DNA from: Bigelowiella natans CCMP2755
Taxonomy: Eukaryota; Protista; Cercozoa
Reading direction: 5' to 3'
NCBI GenBank assembly: GCA_000320545.1
Contig: ADNK01003127.1
Span: forward strand, 1 to 54,041
Length of the DNA stretch: 54,041 bases
Below are positions 1 to 12,259 of this stretch, in pieces (position 1 is the first letter of the stretch; each line of letters opens with the position of its first letter). A program made the position numbers and the translations under genes. The notes under the pieces were generated by a model. It searched no databases and was not told the DNA's origin. It worked only from the letters and a program-made list of their open reading frames with translations.

Positions 1-2321
1 GCTAGCACATGTCTCACGTTCCATGGTGAGTTGCTTGGCTCTATCTTCCCTTCCTTTGCCCATTCATTGATCTGCCACTCTATCTTTTCCCAGTCCGCTT
101 CCGGTCGCCTATGTTCTGGGTCATTGATGATGCACTCTTCGTATCCCTTCTTTAGCTCGATCTTTACTGGGGTAAGCTTGCTGGAGGGCTTCGTCGTCGG
201 CTTGGTGATGTCAGAGTACTTCTCGTTTAATATTTTATTAATGTACTTTTTGCCTTTGTCGATATCCCAATCATCAGCTGGGGGGGTCTTGTCCAGTAGC
301 TCCGTTATCTGTCGGATGGTCTTGCCGGGGTTCTTCTTCCGTAGCTCGGTAGGTGTAGGTAGCTTGTTGTCCGCTAGGTCCATAAACTCTAACGCATTAA
401 CGCTTGACTCAGAGGTCCACTCGTCAAGCCGTATCATGTTCTGGCTGATGGTCCTGCCTGACTTCTTTGGCAACTTAGCAAAGTATATCTTGTGATTGTA
501 GAATGATATGATCCCCCCTAATTTTTCTAGGGCATCCTGTCCGAGGAGTAGTTCCATGGATAAAGTCATGGCTACTCGGGTCTTGATTTGGGTCTCCGCG
601 TCGCTGCCAGGTATCTGTAGCTTTAGCATTAGCTCACCGACGGTCTTCATGGAAGAGCTTCCGTCTGCTTGAGCATATTTACGTTCTTTCTTAGTCACTT
701 GATCCAATAGTCCTAACCTTCTTACTGTGCTTAGGCTTATGAAGGACTTCGGCATGCTGCCACTATCCCAAAGGGCAGGTAGTTTCTTGTAGTCTCCGTA
801 GCTGTCTTTAACTTTAACCTTGGTCATAGCAACTTTGATAGTCCTGTTAGCGTCTTCGTCATTAATGTTGCATACTCCTAAGTTCTTTATGTCGTCTAGG
901 GTCATGGGCTTGTCTTGGTCCTGCGTTGCTGGTACTGCTGTCTTCGTCGGCGCCTGCTTAAGGTGATCTAATATTCCGTTTATCTGCTGCTGTATAGCAT
1001 TGATACTGTTCTGCTTTTTGTTCTTATATTTATTGTTCTTCCCGTTGTTGCTGCCTTGCCATTTGCTGTTGTTATATCCTTGTCCTCTGCCTTTCTTTCT
1101 CTTTAACTTCTCGTAGTGTTCGTTGAGCTGCCTGATCGTCATCCTGGGTCGTCCTTCTTTCCTGTCTCTGCAGTCTTTAGCGGTGTGTTTCCCTTTACGT
1201 GAGCAGTATCCGCAACGTCGGTTACCTTCCCTGTCCTTGTACCAGTCTCGCTGCGGCTTAATAGCGTTAATGTTTCCTATGCCAGGTACCTTAGGGCTGG
1301 TAAACTTGCGGTCCTGCTCCTGCTCGCGTAGGGATATAGCCTGCACTGCTGCCTCCATCGTGGTGTAGCCTTTCTCCGTAACGTAAGTGGATTCCTTTAT
1401 CTTTAACTTGAACTCTTCAAACCTTGCCTGATCATCACCTGTGTTGTAATTAAAATCATGTAGTTCGTCGATCATATCCTGGAAGCGCGTGGCAAAGTCT
1501 CTAACAGGTTCTCTCTCATGCTGCATCATTGCTCTGTATTTTCTAATAGCCTGGGGTAGGGAGTTAGCATCCTGTTCATTTACAAAAGCCTTCATTATCG
1601 CCTCAACGTCTCGTAGCCCACTAACTGTAGTGTGTATTTTCTCTAGCTGCCTGATCCGGGTCCTGCCTGTCTCGTAAAGGTCCATGGCTTGCTTTATTAT
1701 AGCTAGCCATTTGAGCTTGTCGTTTTCGGTGGGGTTAGGGGTAAAGTCGCAGAGTATACTCCTAGCGTTCTTCCACCACCTCCTTGCCTCACCTCTTTTC
1801 CCGTTGTATTTCGTTATCATAACCGGTGCTGTTTTAACAGACATGAACTGGGTGTTCCGCTGTACCGGCTGCTGCTGCTTGACGGTGCTCTGGGTCGTCC
1901 CCCGCGAGGCGCCCAGACCCCCGTCGTTCCTAAACAAAGCTGCCCACTCTGGAGGTAAGTCTGCTTCGTAATCCATGATGTCCTGCATGATAGCTGCCCA
2001 AACATCATGTGTCTGATACTTGTATTCTATCGATACTTTCAGTTTGGCGTAGTTGCTCGCCCTGGGTCGCAAGGCTCGTAATGCCATTACGACCTTCTTG
2101 CTTTCGGCGGCCACGTCCTCGTCGTCCGCCTCGTAGAAGTTCTCCAGTGCCTCTGCTGCTGCATCTGCTTTCTTAATCCCGGGTGCTGGTCCCGGCGGTG
2201 CCTGTGGAGGTGTTCCTCCTCCTTCCTTAGCGTCCGTATCGCCCTTCCTTTCCTGTTTCTGCTCGTGCCCTTGCACGGCCTGCGAGCCAAAGTCCTGCTG
2301 TTCTTCTAGCTGCTGTGACAT
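1..2321 (-). CDS. Gag-Pol polyprotein (Gag with zinc knuckle, aspartic protease, start of reverse transcriptase), 3'-partial
   Basis: Manual translation from ATG 2321 (MSQQLEEQQ...) has no stop before position 1. Motifs: Gag MMQHEREPVRDFATRF; knuckle CGYCSRKGKHTAKDC (1170-1214); protease ALWDSGS (~756-776) and LLLGQDAL; RT N-terminus GKIEPSNSPWN. Probably absent from the ORF track because it has no stop inside the window. Confidence 0.9.
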   Translation of the reverse strand, partial: MSQQLEEQQDFGSQAVQGHEQKQERKGDTDAKEGGGTPPQAPPGPAPGIKKADAAAEALENFYEADDEDVAAESKKVVMALRALRPRASNYAKLKVSIEYKYQTHDVWAAIMQDIMDYEADLPPEWAALFRNDGGLGASRGTTQSTVKQQQPVQRNTQFMSVKTAPVMITKYNGKRGEARRWWKNARSILCDFTPNPTENDKLKWLAIIKQAMDLYETGRTRIRQLEKIHTTVSGLRDVEAIMKAFVNEQDANSLPQAIRKYRAMMQHEREPVRDFATRFQDMIDELHDFNYNTGDDQARFEEFKLKIKESTYVTEKGYTTMEAAVQAISLREQEQDRKFTSPKVPGIGNINAIKPQRDWYKDREGNRRCGYCSRKGKHTAKDCRDRKEGRPRMTIRQLNEHYEKLKRKKGRGQGYNNSKWQGSNNGKNNKYKNKKQNSINAIQQQINGILDHLKQAPTKTAVPATQDQDKPMTLDDIKNLGVCNINDEDANRTIKVAMTKVKVKDSYGDYKKLPALWDSGSMPKSFISLSTVRRLGLLDQVTKKERKYAQADGSSSMKTVGELMLKLQIPGSDAETQIKTRVAMTLSMELLLGQDALEKLGGIISFYNHKIYFAKLPKKSGRTISQNMIRLDEWTSESSVNALEFMDLADNKLPTPTELRKKNPGKTIRQITELLDKTPPADDWDIDKGKKYINKILNEKYSDITKPTTKPSSKLTPVKIELKKGYEECIINDPEHRRPEADWEKIEWQINEWAKEGKIEPSNSPWNVRHVL

Positions 2322-2337
2322 TGTTAGTCAAATCGTT

Positions 2338-2355
2338 TCCCGTGTGTGGAAGCCA
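2338..2355 (-). other. Primer binding site (TGGCTTCCACACACGGGA)
   Basis: Begins TGG 5 nt after the LTR end ...CAACA. Its complement TCCCGTGTGTGGAAGCCA resembles a CCA-ending tRNA 3' end (Glu/Asp-like; identity not established). Confidence 0.6.
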
Positions 2356-2360
2356 AAGGT

Positions 2361-3246
2361 TGTTGCGCGTAAGGTGTTCACAGGCCGAGGCGCTACGTGC
2401 ACAAGTAGGCAGGGGGGGGGAAAGGCACGTTTGCTTCCTTTTGAAGAGTTGTGTTTATTTTTATTAAAGATTATATTTTTATTAAATCGTGCACTGCGTA
2501 ATCATTCGCGAAGCTTTCGCGAATGCCGCCGCACGTGGGGCAGCACACTTCCGGTGTGCTGCCATGAGTCCCGCCGGAACCCACGTGCCTATGCTGTATT
2601 AATATCTACGTTATCTATATTCTATATCCGCGACAACCCCTTTGTTGTCGCACGTGACTTGTGCCCGCGTAGTGGTACGCGCTACATGTGAGCGGCTACA
2701 CGCGTGCTGTGCTCTCTCTGTTGTGGGCGGGGTTGTTCATGTGAAGGCATAGGCCTTAAAAACACTTGCACTCACATCCACACCAGCACACCAGTCGTGC
2801 ATGAGCGAGCTAGCATGTCGGTGACGAATCGGTGAACATCAATCATCACGCTTTCGTCTCTAGGTCTGCCAAACAGCCACACACAACACACACACACATG
2901 CACATGCACACACATCACCTTCATCACATCTCGCCACGTACATACCGGTACAGGTGACACGGATGCTCTCTCCGTCCCACTCCTTATTAAACTGGAGATT
3001 GCTCGAGGACTTGCATGAGGCTCGGGTCTGGCTAGCTGGTGAAAGGGCTCAAGCCCAGTTTCCTGCCAGCCGACGAGGAGCGGCCTGCTGCCCCTCCCCC
3101 CCATTGCCGTCACTACCATGTGCGGTATCGAACCGCGACGCCGCGGCCTTCGTCTAGCAGAGTGCAAGAACATGTCCGTTTTCTCTAGACCTTCGGCAGT
3201 GTCTTAAACTAGTTAAGGTTGGTGGATGGCCAAGCCACATATAACA
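2361..3246 (-). repeat. Candidate 5' LTR (~886 bp)
   Basis: TGTT...AACA termini; TATA-like tract ~2610-2627 followed by several AATAAA (~2454-2483) on the element strand, next to the PBS. The outer boundary is inferred because the 3' LTR is outside the window. Confidence 0.55.
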
Positions 3247-3573
3247 AATAACTAGATAACCATGATGCGCATCTCCAACGGGATAATAACGCATGAATGG
3301 CAGATAATTCAGAGCAGCTGGCTAGATGGGCGCATGCTAGCATGCTTAAGCCACGCACATGCTGTCTTATTTGACAAAATTAGACACAACTTTTTTACCT
3401 ATATATTTATTTATACAGGTACGATGTGTGAATTATAAGTAGATCCCACAAAATACATAAATGACAATTTACCTAAATAACTAAACGCTAGGCAAGCAAA
3501 CGTGTGAAATTTATGCAGGATTTCGCATGTTCCTTCGTTCTACTCCTCCAACGATCTAGATAAACCGTAATCG

Positions 3574-4131
3574 TTACCATTGGAAAACATACTCCATGAT
3601 CTTTGAGCAAGTGGACTGTGGAATGGCCGCACTGTCGTATCTCTCGTCCTGGCCATCATAGGACCAATCCATGAAAGAAAAGAGTCGCTTGAATGAAAAT
3701 TCTTCAAATTGATTGGAAGTGGGATGTTTTGGGCGCCGTCTAGGCTGTGGTCGTTTGGAGATGTTGCTTGGCCCTCTCTGCCTCCTCACACCGATCATGA
3801 CTCCGTCGATAACCTGCAATTAATGTTGTTCGTTCTCCTTAGTTATTGTAGTATAACAGCGAGCGGCGACTGCAAAGTTCAAAGCGAGCATAGCAAGGCA
3901 AAAGCTACATGCAATAATCTCCAAGATAACCATGAAATAGGACAATCGTCCTCACGCGGAACACGCGATCAACAATCGTCTTAACGTGATCTCGGCCGCA
4001 ATTTCGAGAAATCCACATACCTCTCCGTTTTTTTCCAATGCGGCTTCAACTACGTGAGGAGAGGTGTATTGGATGTCGATCCAGTTGCTTGCACCTGTGC
4101 CCATATTGTATATTAGAATATATATCAGTAT

Positions 4132-4167
<36 letters not shown>

Positions 4168-5820
4168 CTCGAAAAATCATCGCGTCATTGTTTCTCAAAC
4201 ACGTTGCCATAATTCAAGAGCAGTAATACATTTCAAGATCTTCAGATAACAAATAAATAAACTTTGGAAACTATGTCGATGATTTTGTTCCCTCATGAAA
4301 CATATACGATGATGCAACAGCATGGAGAGGCATTCCACGCAGATTGCTGCCTCTTTTTCATGTATGCGTCACGTCACACAGATACACATTTATATTTGCT
4401 TTGTAGATTTGTATATCATTAATCTTTTTTCCAAAGTGGTCATTTGCTTACTGTCATTTCTCTTGACAATATCGCCCAGGCTTTCGAAGTGTGCAATGAC
4501 CGCGTGAGCCTGTGTTCGTAGATATTGAAATGAGGGAATGATCGATAGAAAATAGATTGCGAGCTGCCGATCAAAGACATTGTCAAAAAACGATATTGCT
4601 CTCTTGCAATGCTGCGACATGGCCGCAAGTCTACGGAAAAGAGCATTTCTCAGAAATAAAAAGTAATGTTTTTTGCGCATCTGCCATCGCATCGTGCCTT
4701 GTTCGGTGGGAATCCAAAGACCGTTACAGTGCAGCTTTGCTTTGATTCGCGATCGTTGACCTGGTGTGCGGTGCTCAACGCATTTCTCCTGATCATGAGG
4801 GCAATTGCAGAGATGATGGCGAGAAGGATAATGGTGATGGTGGTGAAAGCTTTTTGCTACCGGCATCATCAGCTATAAGCTATCAAATTTTACTGCGTGG
4901 TTTGGTTCTAGTTCTTATAATTATCATTTCTAATATGTCCTGTGGCTACCTGTCTTCGATCTTATTATCCGAGATCTTCGCTTTCCTTCGTCGCATTGAT
5001 GAGGTATTGATATTTGGGTACGGGCTGCCATACGGCGATGATCTATCTGATTATTACAGCACTTTGTGAGATAATGAAGGAGAATCATAATTTCCTCTGC
5101 CAACCCGCTCCTGACAATGCAAACATCGACACAATTGTAGTACTTCTAAGAATGGAGGAAGAACGGCCGGGAGCGGGTGTTCTTATCGGCGTCTGTTCTG
5201 GTGAAGCCACCATGCTGTCGCCAAGACCTGTTGGGGAAGGAAAACGCATTGACTAAGAACCGAGTCACATTTTTCTGATCGAGGGGTCTGTGTAGGTTAT
5301 GGAAGTACGAAAGCACCATCAAAGAATTCATCTGGGCCACTTTCAAATTTGACACACAAAAATTTACATGAAACTAAAGAAGCGAGTGATGATAAATCCC
5401 ATAACATTTCTGCAGGGTCAACCAACGACCTGAATTCATGCTATTGTGCGACGCTCCCAGCCCTCCAGATTTGTTAAATGAGTCATGCTCGTTGAAACTT
5501 ATCCCAGATTCAGTTTGGGAGCCAGAGTCTGCTGGAAAGTGGTAGAAAGATTCTTTCAGAAAGCGCCATGAATCGGAATATCGGGGTGGAAATGAAGGGG
5601 AAAAAGTGCACCTCCCAACCCGAGTCCGAGTTCATGCTTAAATGGATACTTATTGTCTGCAAAAGAATTATCTTCGAATCCATCCTGGATATCATGCTTA
5701 TGGTCCATAATCCTACGTAAAAATTGTCGTTCGTTGAGCTACACAAAGGATACTAAATGATCATTCCGCCACACACTTAACGGGTAGCGTTGAGGAGCCA
5801 GCAAAGTGGGAATCTGCCTC
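3574..5820 (-). CDS. NUP35: Nucleoporin Nup35/Nup53 homolog (multi-exon; 5' end uncertain, may extend to ~6200)
   Basis: Spliced C-terminal exons read CTVTVFGFPPNK|AHAVIAHFESLGDIVKRND|SASNWIDIQYTSPHVVEAALEKNGE|VIDGVMIGVRR, matching the Nup35 RRM pattern (VTVFGFP...NWxxIxY...AxxAL..nG...MIGV). Upstream exons are low-complexity. Stop at 3574. Confidence 0.8.
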
Positions 5821-6230
5821 TTTTTATCATAATAGAGGAGAATCACCCCTCAAAGAAGATTAGGATTTTACAACTCGAACCTCTCTCTCTCCCAGCCGGC
5901 GAGTAGAGCGAAGCGGTGGAGGGGAAGGGAGAGGTCTTATTGAGTTGTAATTGCGTCGTAGGTTTGCATTTACGGAAACTCGCGGGAAAAAAACAGCAAC
6001 GGCTCTATACCGGGGAAACCGGTAGTAACGGGGGCTACTGGATAATAATTGAAATAGTGTCTCTTTGTCGCTTTGCGTAAAAAAGCCAAGATTTTGTGCA
6101 GCATCACCGAAAACGTGTAAGTCTTTTCTCCTGCGACTATCCCCGTAGCCCAATCGGACTGTAGTTGGCGCTTTTCGGTGTGTCGCAGAGACTAAACTGC
6201 ATGTTATTCGTGTCGGTAAAATCGTGAGGT

Positions 6231-7623
6231 ATGAGGCGCATGGCTCCCCGTCGCCTCCTCCGAAGCCCTTTCGGGAGGATAAGGAGAGGATTCAAGGTGC
6301 AGCAGGCTTTCGGTTTCCCCATCACATACCGGCTGTCATTCCCGTCATCATCGATTAGAAACGTGCATCACCATCATTCAGGTTTACACCCGAACCGGTG
6401 ATGAAGGCAAGACGTCGCTGTACAACGGCCTTCGCGCCTCCAAGACTACACCGACCTTCGAGGCCCTCGGTAACACGGACGAGCTCAACTCTCACATAGG
6501 CGTGGCTCGATACAAATGCAGCCAGGTAGTGTCTGAGGAACGGAATCGCGTTTACACGGTTTCCTTCATCCCCAAAACTTGTGTCTCGGAGATGTGATTT
6601 TGCCTTTTTACCAGATCGAAGACCTGAAGGACCTAGAGCTCATGATTAGTGACATTCAGGTCGTAGGGAAAATCCCCCTCCATCGTGTAGCTCTATTTGG
6701 ATATTAAACCCGTGTCTTGATTTTATACAACAAACTTCGGAATGTCCTCGTGGCACGTTCGCAAATGCAATCATCTAAAACTAGTCGCGCCTCTTGGACG
6801 TTGGCTCTCATATTGCAACCCCCAAACTCAGCAGCCCTGACGACCGTATCAAGTAACGAGCTTTGAATTGATCGAAATAACTAAGACCACGCACGAACGC
6901 GCACTGTAGTTTGTTGTTTTGATAGTGTGTTTGTGCCGTTCTCCCCTTCTCTCCTTGCTTTCTGTTAGGGCTATGCGATTCGATGAGAAGCACGTAGTGC
7001 AGCTTGAGACTTGGATCGACCAGATGGACGAAGAATTGCCGGAGCTTAAGAATTTCATCCTTCCGGGAGGGGGGAGGTTGGAAGCGCGCTGCATGTTGCC
7101 AGGTAATTGCTATCGTCTCTTCAGTACGACAATTGTTTCTTTGGAGGGGCGATGAATGGGGGAGAGGGAGGAGGGGTAGGGAGAGGGGGGGGAGGGAGGG
7201 AGGGAGGGAGGGAGAGAGAGATCGGGGTAAGTTGGGGATGATTGGGATTTAGTAGGGACTAAAAAGGAGCTAAGTGGATCGTGAATTCGATGCCGATATG
7301 CAGGTCTGTTGCGCGGCGGACAGAAAGGAGCGTGATTCCGATTGTCATGCAGGTGGTGAAAATCAATGATATTTTGCTTCTCCAATGTTTCTGGGTGGGG
7401 AGAAAAAAAGAAGAAAGAAAGAGTGATATGAGCTCGTTTCTTGCAGGAGGAAGCTGACCACACTGTGCTAAAGTACCTGAATCGTCTCTCGGATTTCTTC
7501 TTCGTGGCGGCTCGATACGCCTCGGTAGTTATTGATAGGCTGCTACTAGGGAATGAGATATACTTTATTGCATGGCAATCGAGGCCCTCCTGTGACGACT
7601 ACATCTAGACATATAATACATAC

Positions 7624-7671
<48 letters not shown>

Positions 7672-7845
7672 CCATAATGGGATTAATTGTACGAGCATGC
7701 AAGGTGACCACATACAATGGTACTGACTGCTGCTTCTAATGATGATAAGGCATCATGCTGTGGTTACTCCCATTTGCTAAATTGATCTTTGATTCAGGCA
7801 AAGACTGGAGAGGATGAAGTCGTATACAAGAAGGAGAGGGGATAA
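6231..7845 (+). CDS. MMAB: ATP:cob(I)alamin adenosyltransferase (PduO type), putatively mitochondrial; multi-exon
   Basis: [22 protein letters not shown] (Arg-rich presequence)|[16 protein letters not shown]...[14 protein letters not shown]...[14 protein letters not shown]...[12 protein letters not shown]...[14 protein letters not shown]...[14 protein letters not shown]. Apparent 1-nt frameshift in the G-run at 7069-7074. Confidence 0.93.
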
Positions 7846-8569
7846 GAGCTCTAGAGCTAAATAAAAGAATGCGAGCAATAATACGCTAGATACTGTAACT
7901 AATTGTTGTAGGGTGGGGCGATGTGCATGTATATGATGTCTTACAAATGAGATGTCTGTATCACAGCACGCTACCATGCCAGCTTACATCTAGTTATATC
8001 CACGCTAGCACGCCGCACGCCATGTATACGCCACACGCACACTGCACACACATACGCGACATCATAGCATGTACGTAGCCTCTGAAGTTCGATCATGCGT
8101 GCACACGTGCTGCTGGGCAGTTGATATAGATGTTAAGACAATGCCAAAATCTAGAAATGTAGATTACGCTAGTACGCTGCGCCTATGCATGTGGCATTAA
8201 ATTGTTGTACAGCTGTAGCACACTGTACAATGCGTCTGAAGTCTTCTACATCCTTGCATGTGACATGGTGCTGAACGCTATCGCTGCCGATCCTAAATGC
8301 TACATTCACGAAGCAGCATGCAATCAAGCATGCTGTGAACGCGGAAGTATGAACGATCAAGCTGCGAGCTGCCCAGACTGGCCTGATTTTGGGGTAGAGA
8401 AACGGGAACACAGGGTCAGAGAGGAAGAAAGAGAGCAGAGGGACTAAGGAAGAAAAGCACGGACGCTCAGGTGTATAATCTCTAAGACACATGCCCATAA
8501 ACTTCAAAGCCACGCTAAACACGAAAATGTACAATTTTCTTTTAATGAAAATGGAGGCTATTATGTGTT

Positions 8570-8852
8570 TGCGCACTACCAGCCGCGGGTTTCTTCCTGA
8601 AGATAAGAAGGAGAGCGAGCTGAATCATAGCGAGGCCGAGCCCAGTAGCGTTGGGGCCGAATACCCACACGTCATTAAGCTGCAGAGCGTATTATATTAT
8701 TAAAAACGCATAAAATATATTATTAAGGAATCGTCTATCTCCAACAAATCCCTCTCTCCCCTCTTGCGCCCCACCCCCACCTTCAGGCCGTATGCGAGCC
8801 ACATAGCACAGTTGATGGCCTGGACAACGGCAAAAGGCGCGTAGATACCTAT

Positions 8853-8892
<40 letters not shown>

Positions 8893-9527
8893 TATAATAA
8901 CTACAACGAATAAGGTGAAGATAGTAATGATGACATTGATGATGGCAAGGTAAGTAAACCAAGCACATCGCCGTGATGGTGGCTGTTGTCGTCGTCAATA
9001 TTTCTTACTTGAGGCGTCCTTCTTTGAGATAACCTTGAGAAGCGATTATGATGATGATGATGATGGCGAGGATCATTGGGGATTGGGGAGGGAGGCAGCA
9101 GAGCAACAATTTTTGAATAAGCAATGTGTTATTGACCGAAAGCAAACTGGCAAAAAAGAAGAAGAAGAAGAAGAAAGAAGAAGAAGAACAAGGAGGAAAA
9201 ACTTGCAAAAGAATTCGACTGAAAGGAACTAAGATACTCACTAGAAGGTATCTACATCTACTCTCCATCTTTCTTCCTACCTCCTTCATCGCCGTGAGAG
9301 GAGAAGCAAACAGAACGATGCACAGGGCGGTAGCGGAGGCACCGAGGACGAACCTTTCAAGTAATGCCCGCTATGTTTGCAACCGATGATGATATTGATG
9401 AGGAGGAGGAGGAGGAGGAGGAAGAGAAGGCGGACGGAATCGACACGCACGCTTCGTAATACCAAAGAATGTGCACTCAAATACACGTCAAGATTAGTGT
9501 GAATCACACGCATACACAAACATATGT

Positions 9528-9571
<44 letters not shown>

Positions 9572-10081
9572 CATGTGCACTCAATATTACGCATGGTTGG
9601 CTGGATTGACAGCAAAGACGAGGGCAGACCACAGCCCGATCACTCCAGCTGAGAAGAGTAGTAGTAGTAGTAGTAGTAGAGAATCGCACCACCACAACAA
9701 ACGATTTGAAGAGGACATTGAGAGATTCATCGATGCGTGCTAGTCGTATGATGATGATAATGATGATGATGATGATAACGATGATGAATCACATAAAGCG
9801 GAACGGCCTTTTTGGGAAGAACTGCACCGAGAAAACAACCAGAAAGCATACGAAAGTTCTCTATCGCTCTTGACGTCTCCCCCCCCCTTTTATGCCAGCA
9901 ATGCTACCTGTTCCAGCAGTGAGGAGGTTGGTGAAGGTCTTCCTCTGAGCTTGGTCCTTTATCAGCGGCAGCAACGATGCAACCTGGTAGCAGCATCGAC
10001 GTGTATTGTTTGAACAACAAGGGAAGAAAAAAACGACGATGAGGAGGGGGATGAGGAGAAAGAAGAGAATTTTAAATACAT

Positions 10082-10154
<73 letters not shown>

Positions 10155-10299
10155 CGTGTTGACGATTGTCAATATGACGAGGACGACGACGATCATAATG
10201 GTCTACTCACCGCCCACATGCTGAGAACGACAGCAGGGACATTGCCTGATAGATTTGAACGGGGGGAGGAGGGGGAGTCAGCAGCGATGTTACGATTAG

Positions 10300-10338
<39 letters not shown>

Positions 10339-12259
10339 TATACAAATGTGTATGTGTGCGTTTTTGTGTGATTTAATATGATTTGTGTAGAATCTATCTT
10401 GACACCGCTCTCTTCCTCTGACAGGCAATCACGCCCACACACTTGACCCACATGCTCAACTCGAAGATACATACACACATTGATATGTGTATCATGTACA
10501 GAAAGAAAAATAGAAAAGGAGAGGCGGGGGAGAGAAAGAGGTGGAGGAGAGAGGACTCAGGGTGATGAAAGGGTTCTTTATCGCCATGCCATAGTTTGCC
10601 CTGTGATTAGTATTATTGATCATTATTATTATTATTATTTCAATTAAGTATTGAACAATATCACAACGCACCAATGTATACATGCGAAAACACGCTTTGG
10701 GGCAACAAGGAGACGATGACAATGATGATAATGACAGATGGTGATGATGATGAAACCCTCCCCATAAAAACAACTACAAGAGCAACAACCAAAAAAGCAT
10801 TAGACGCTGCCTTCAGGCTGCAGATATCACCATCATCACATTCACCATCCGTCGTCGTCATCACCATTTATCAATCATAAGCATCATCTATGTAAAATCG
10901 ATAACGTTGTACAGCAGCAGACCAGCTGATTGTTGAGATGAGCTGCATCACGATGGGGATGGGGTTCAGGGAGCCTGGAGTACGTACACGGAACGTAAGG
11001 ACAAGAGGGGGGGGATAGGGGGGGGGGGGGGGCAGAAGGGTAGCAGTATTCGAGTAATAATAGTACAAAAAAGCTTCGGTACTAGTCGTCTCTACACTAC
11101 TATGCGTGTCAACCAATGGCTCCTGCGGAGATTGCCGCTTGAATTCCGGGTAAGAAGGAGAAATACAAGGCGTTGGAGAGAGCGGTTCCGATCGATGGAA
11201 TGACCTGGTGATAGTGGGTAGATGAGGGGAAGGGGGAGGGGGGGAAGAGAGGGATGAGGAGGAAGTTCGTTATTTCTGGTAACGTATTGCATTTGGGATC
11301 AAGCAACCTGCGTCATCATCACTTCTTCGAGGCCTGAAAAGAGGCGTGGCAGAGTGAATTAATAATGCCCAAAATCAATAAAGAAGCGATAGGAAAGCGA
11401 AAGAAATCATGATCGCCGCCATCGTCCTCCTCGCGTACATCGCCGCGCACCTGGTTTAGCTGCCTCAACAACAGCTGTCTTCGATGCAGCAATTGCCGCG
11501 CCTACCCCCAAGGCACTGCCTACGTGGGCATGTACAAAGAAGAATGCAGAAGGACTTTTCAATTTCACAAAAAGCAAGCGGCGTCTTTTTTGACGGCAGT
11601 TATTGGTATTATGCAGCGTTAAACGAACAACACACCTCCAGCAAGAGCCAGCGATCCCAGTCCTGCTTTCCGCAGCATCTGCTTCACACGTGCCAGCTTC
11701 CGTTGCTCCTCAGGGCGGTTCTCCTCCATGTTCAGACCGGATGAGGTCGTAACAGCAAGACTGTTTTGCCTTGGCAATGGAGTCTGCCTGAGGTTCGCCG
11801 TTGGACCAGCTCTCATACTCTCTGAAAATAGAGAAGAGTGGGGGGGGGGGGGGGGGGGGGATGAAGAGATAATTGGTTTGTGCGCTTTTACCATTAAAAG
11901 CTATTGAATTACAAAAAAACTCTTGCGAATCTTGCATGACAAATACCCTTCAAAGATCGGAAAGCGTTTGCAGGCCTGGCAGCAGCCAGGGGTCGTGCAT
12001 TCCGCAGCCCTACCGAAGCTGGGGCGTACCTGGTTTATCGATCCCATCGGATATTTCCACGAACATCAAATGTTAAGACACCATTCCCCGCATGGCCATT
12101 CTTTCCGAAAGTCACATTAACCCGTCCACCAAAACACTCTCCGCTTCGAAAAATCGAAATAGCTCTCCCGCCTATTCCTCCCCCTTTTAATTGCGTTCGC
12201 TAGAACCTGGACTGGGCGAGGATGGCAAGGGTGGTGAGGACGTGGAGGAGGACGTGCAT
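8570..12259 (-). CDS. SWEET (MtN3/saliva) sugar transporter with N-terminal bipartite presequence; many exons, 3' end approximate
   Basis: Exons: IPSIGTALSNALYFSFLPGI; GSLNPIPIVMQLISTISW; ANYGMAIKNPFITL; NVPAVVLSMWA; FVLGASATALCIVLFASPLTAMKE|VISKKDAS|IYAPFAVVQAINCAMWLAYGLK|LNDVWVFGPNATGLGLAMIQL. These form two MtN3 repeats. Exon 1 is MHVLLHVLTTLAILAQSR. Confidence 0.88.

Larger units (their letters stand above)
1..3246 (-). mobile_element. Ty3/Gypsy-type LTR retrotransposon, 5' part (continues beyond window start)
   Basis: Open gag-protease-RT frame from 2321 to the window edge, with RT following protease (no integrase between them, Ty3/Gypsy order). PBS at 2338-2355 and a candidate 5' LTR at 2361-3246. 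Confidence 0.9.

Noticed and set aside
31-1971. Plus-strand ORFs of 62-154 aa
   Set aside because: Antisense shadows of the gag-pol frame.
3101-3136. Second PBS-like TGGTAGTGACGG next to a tRNA T-arm-like hairpin (GCGGTTCGATACCGC)
   Set aside because: No full cloverleaf. It would imply a ~128-bp LTR lacking the TATA/polyA signals, so the 2338-2355 PBS fits better.
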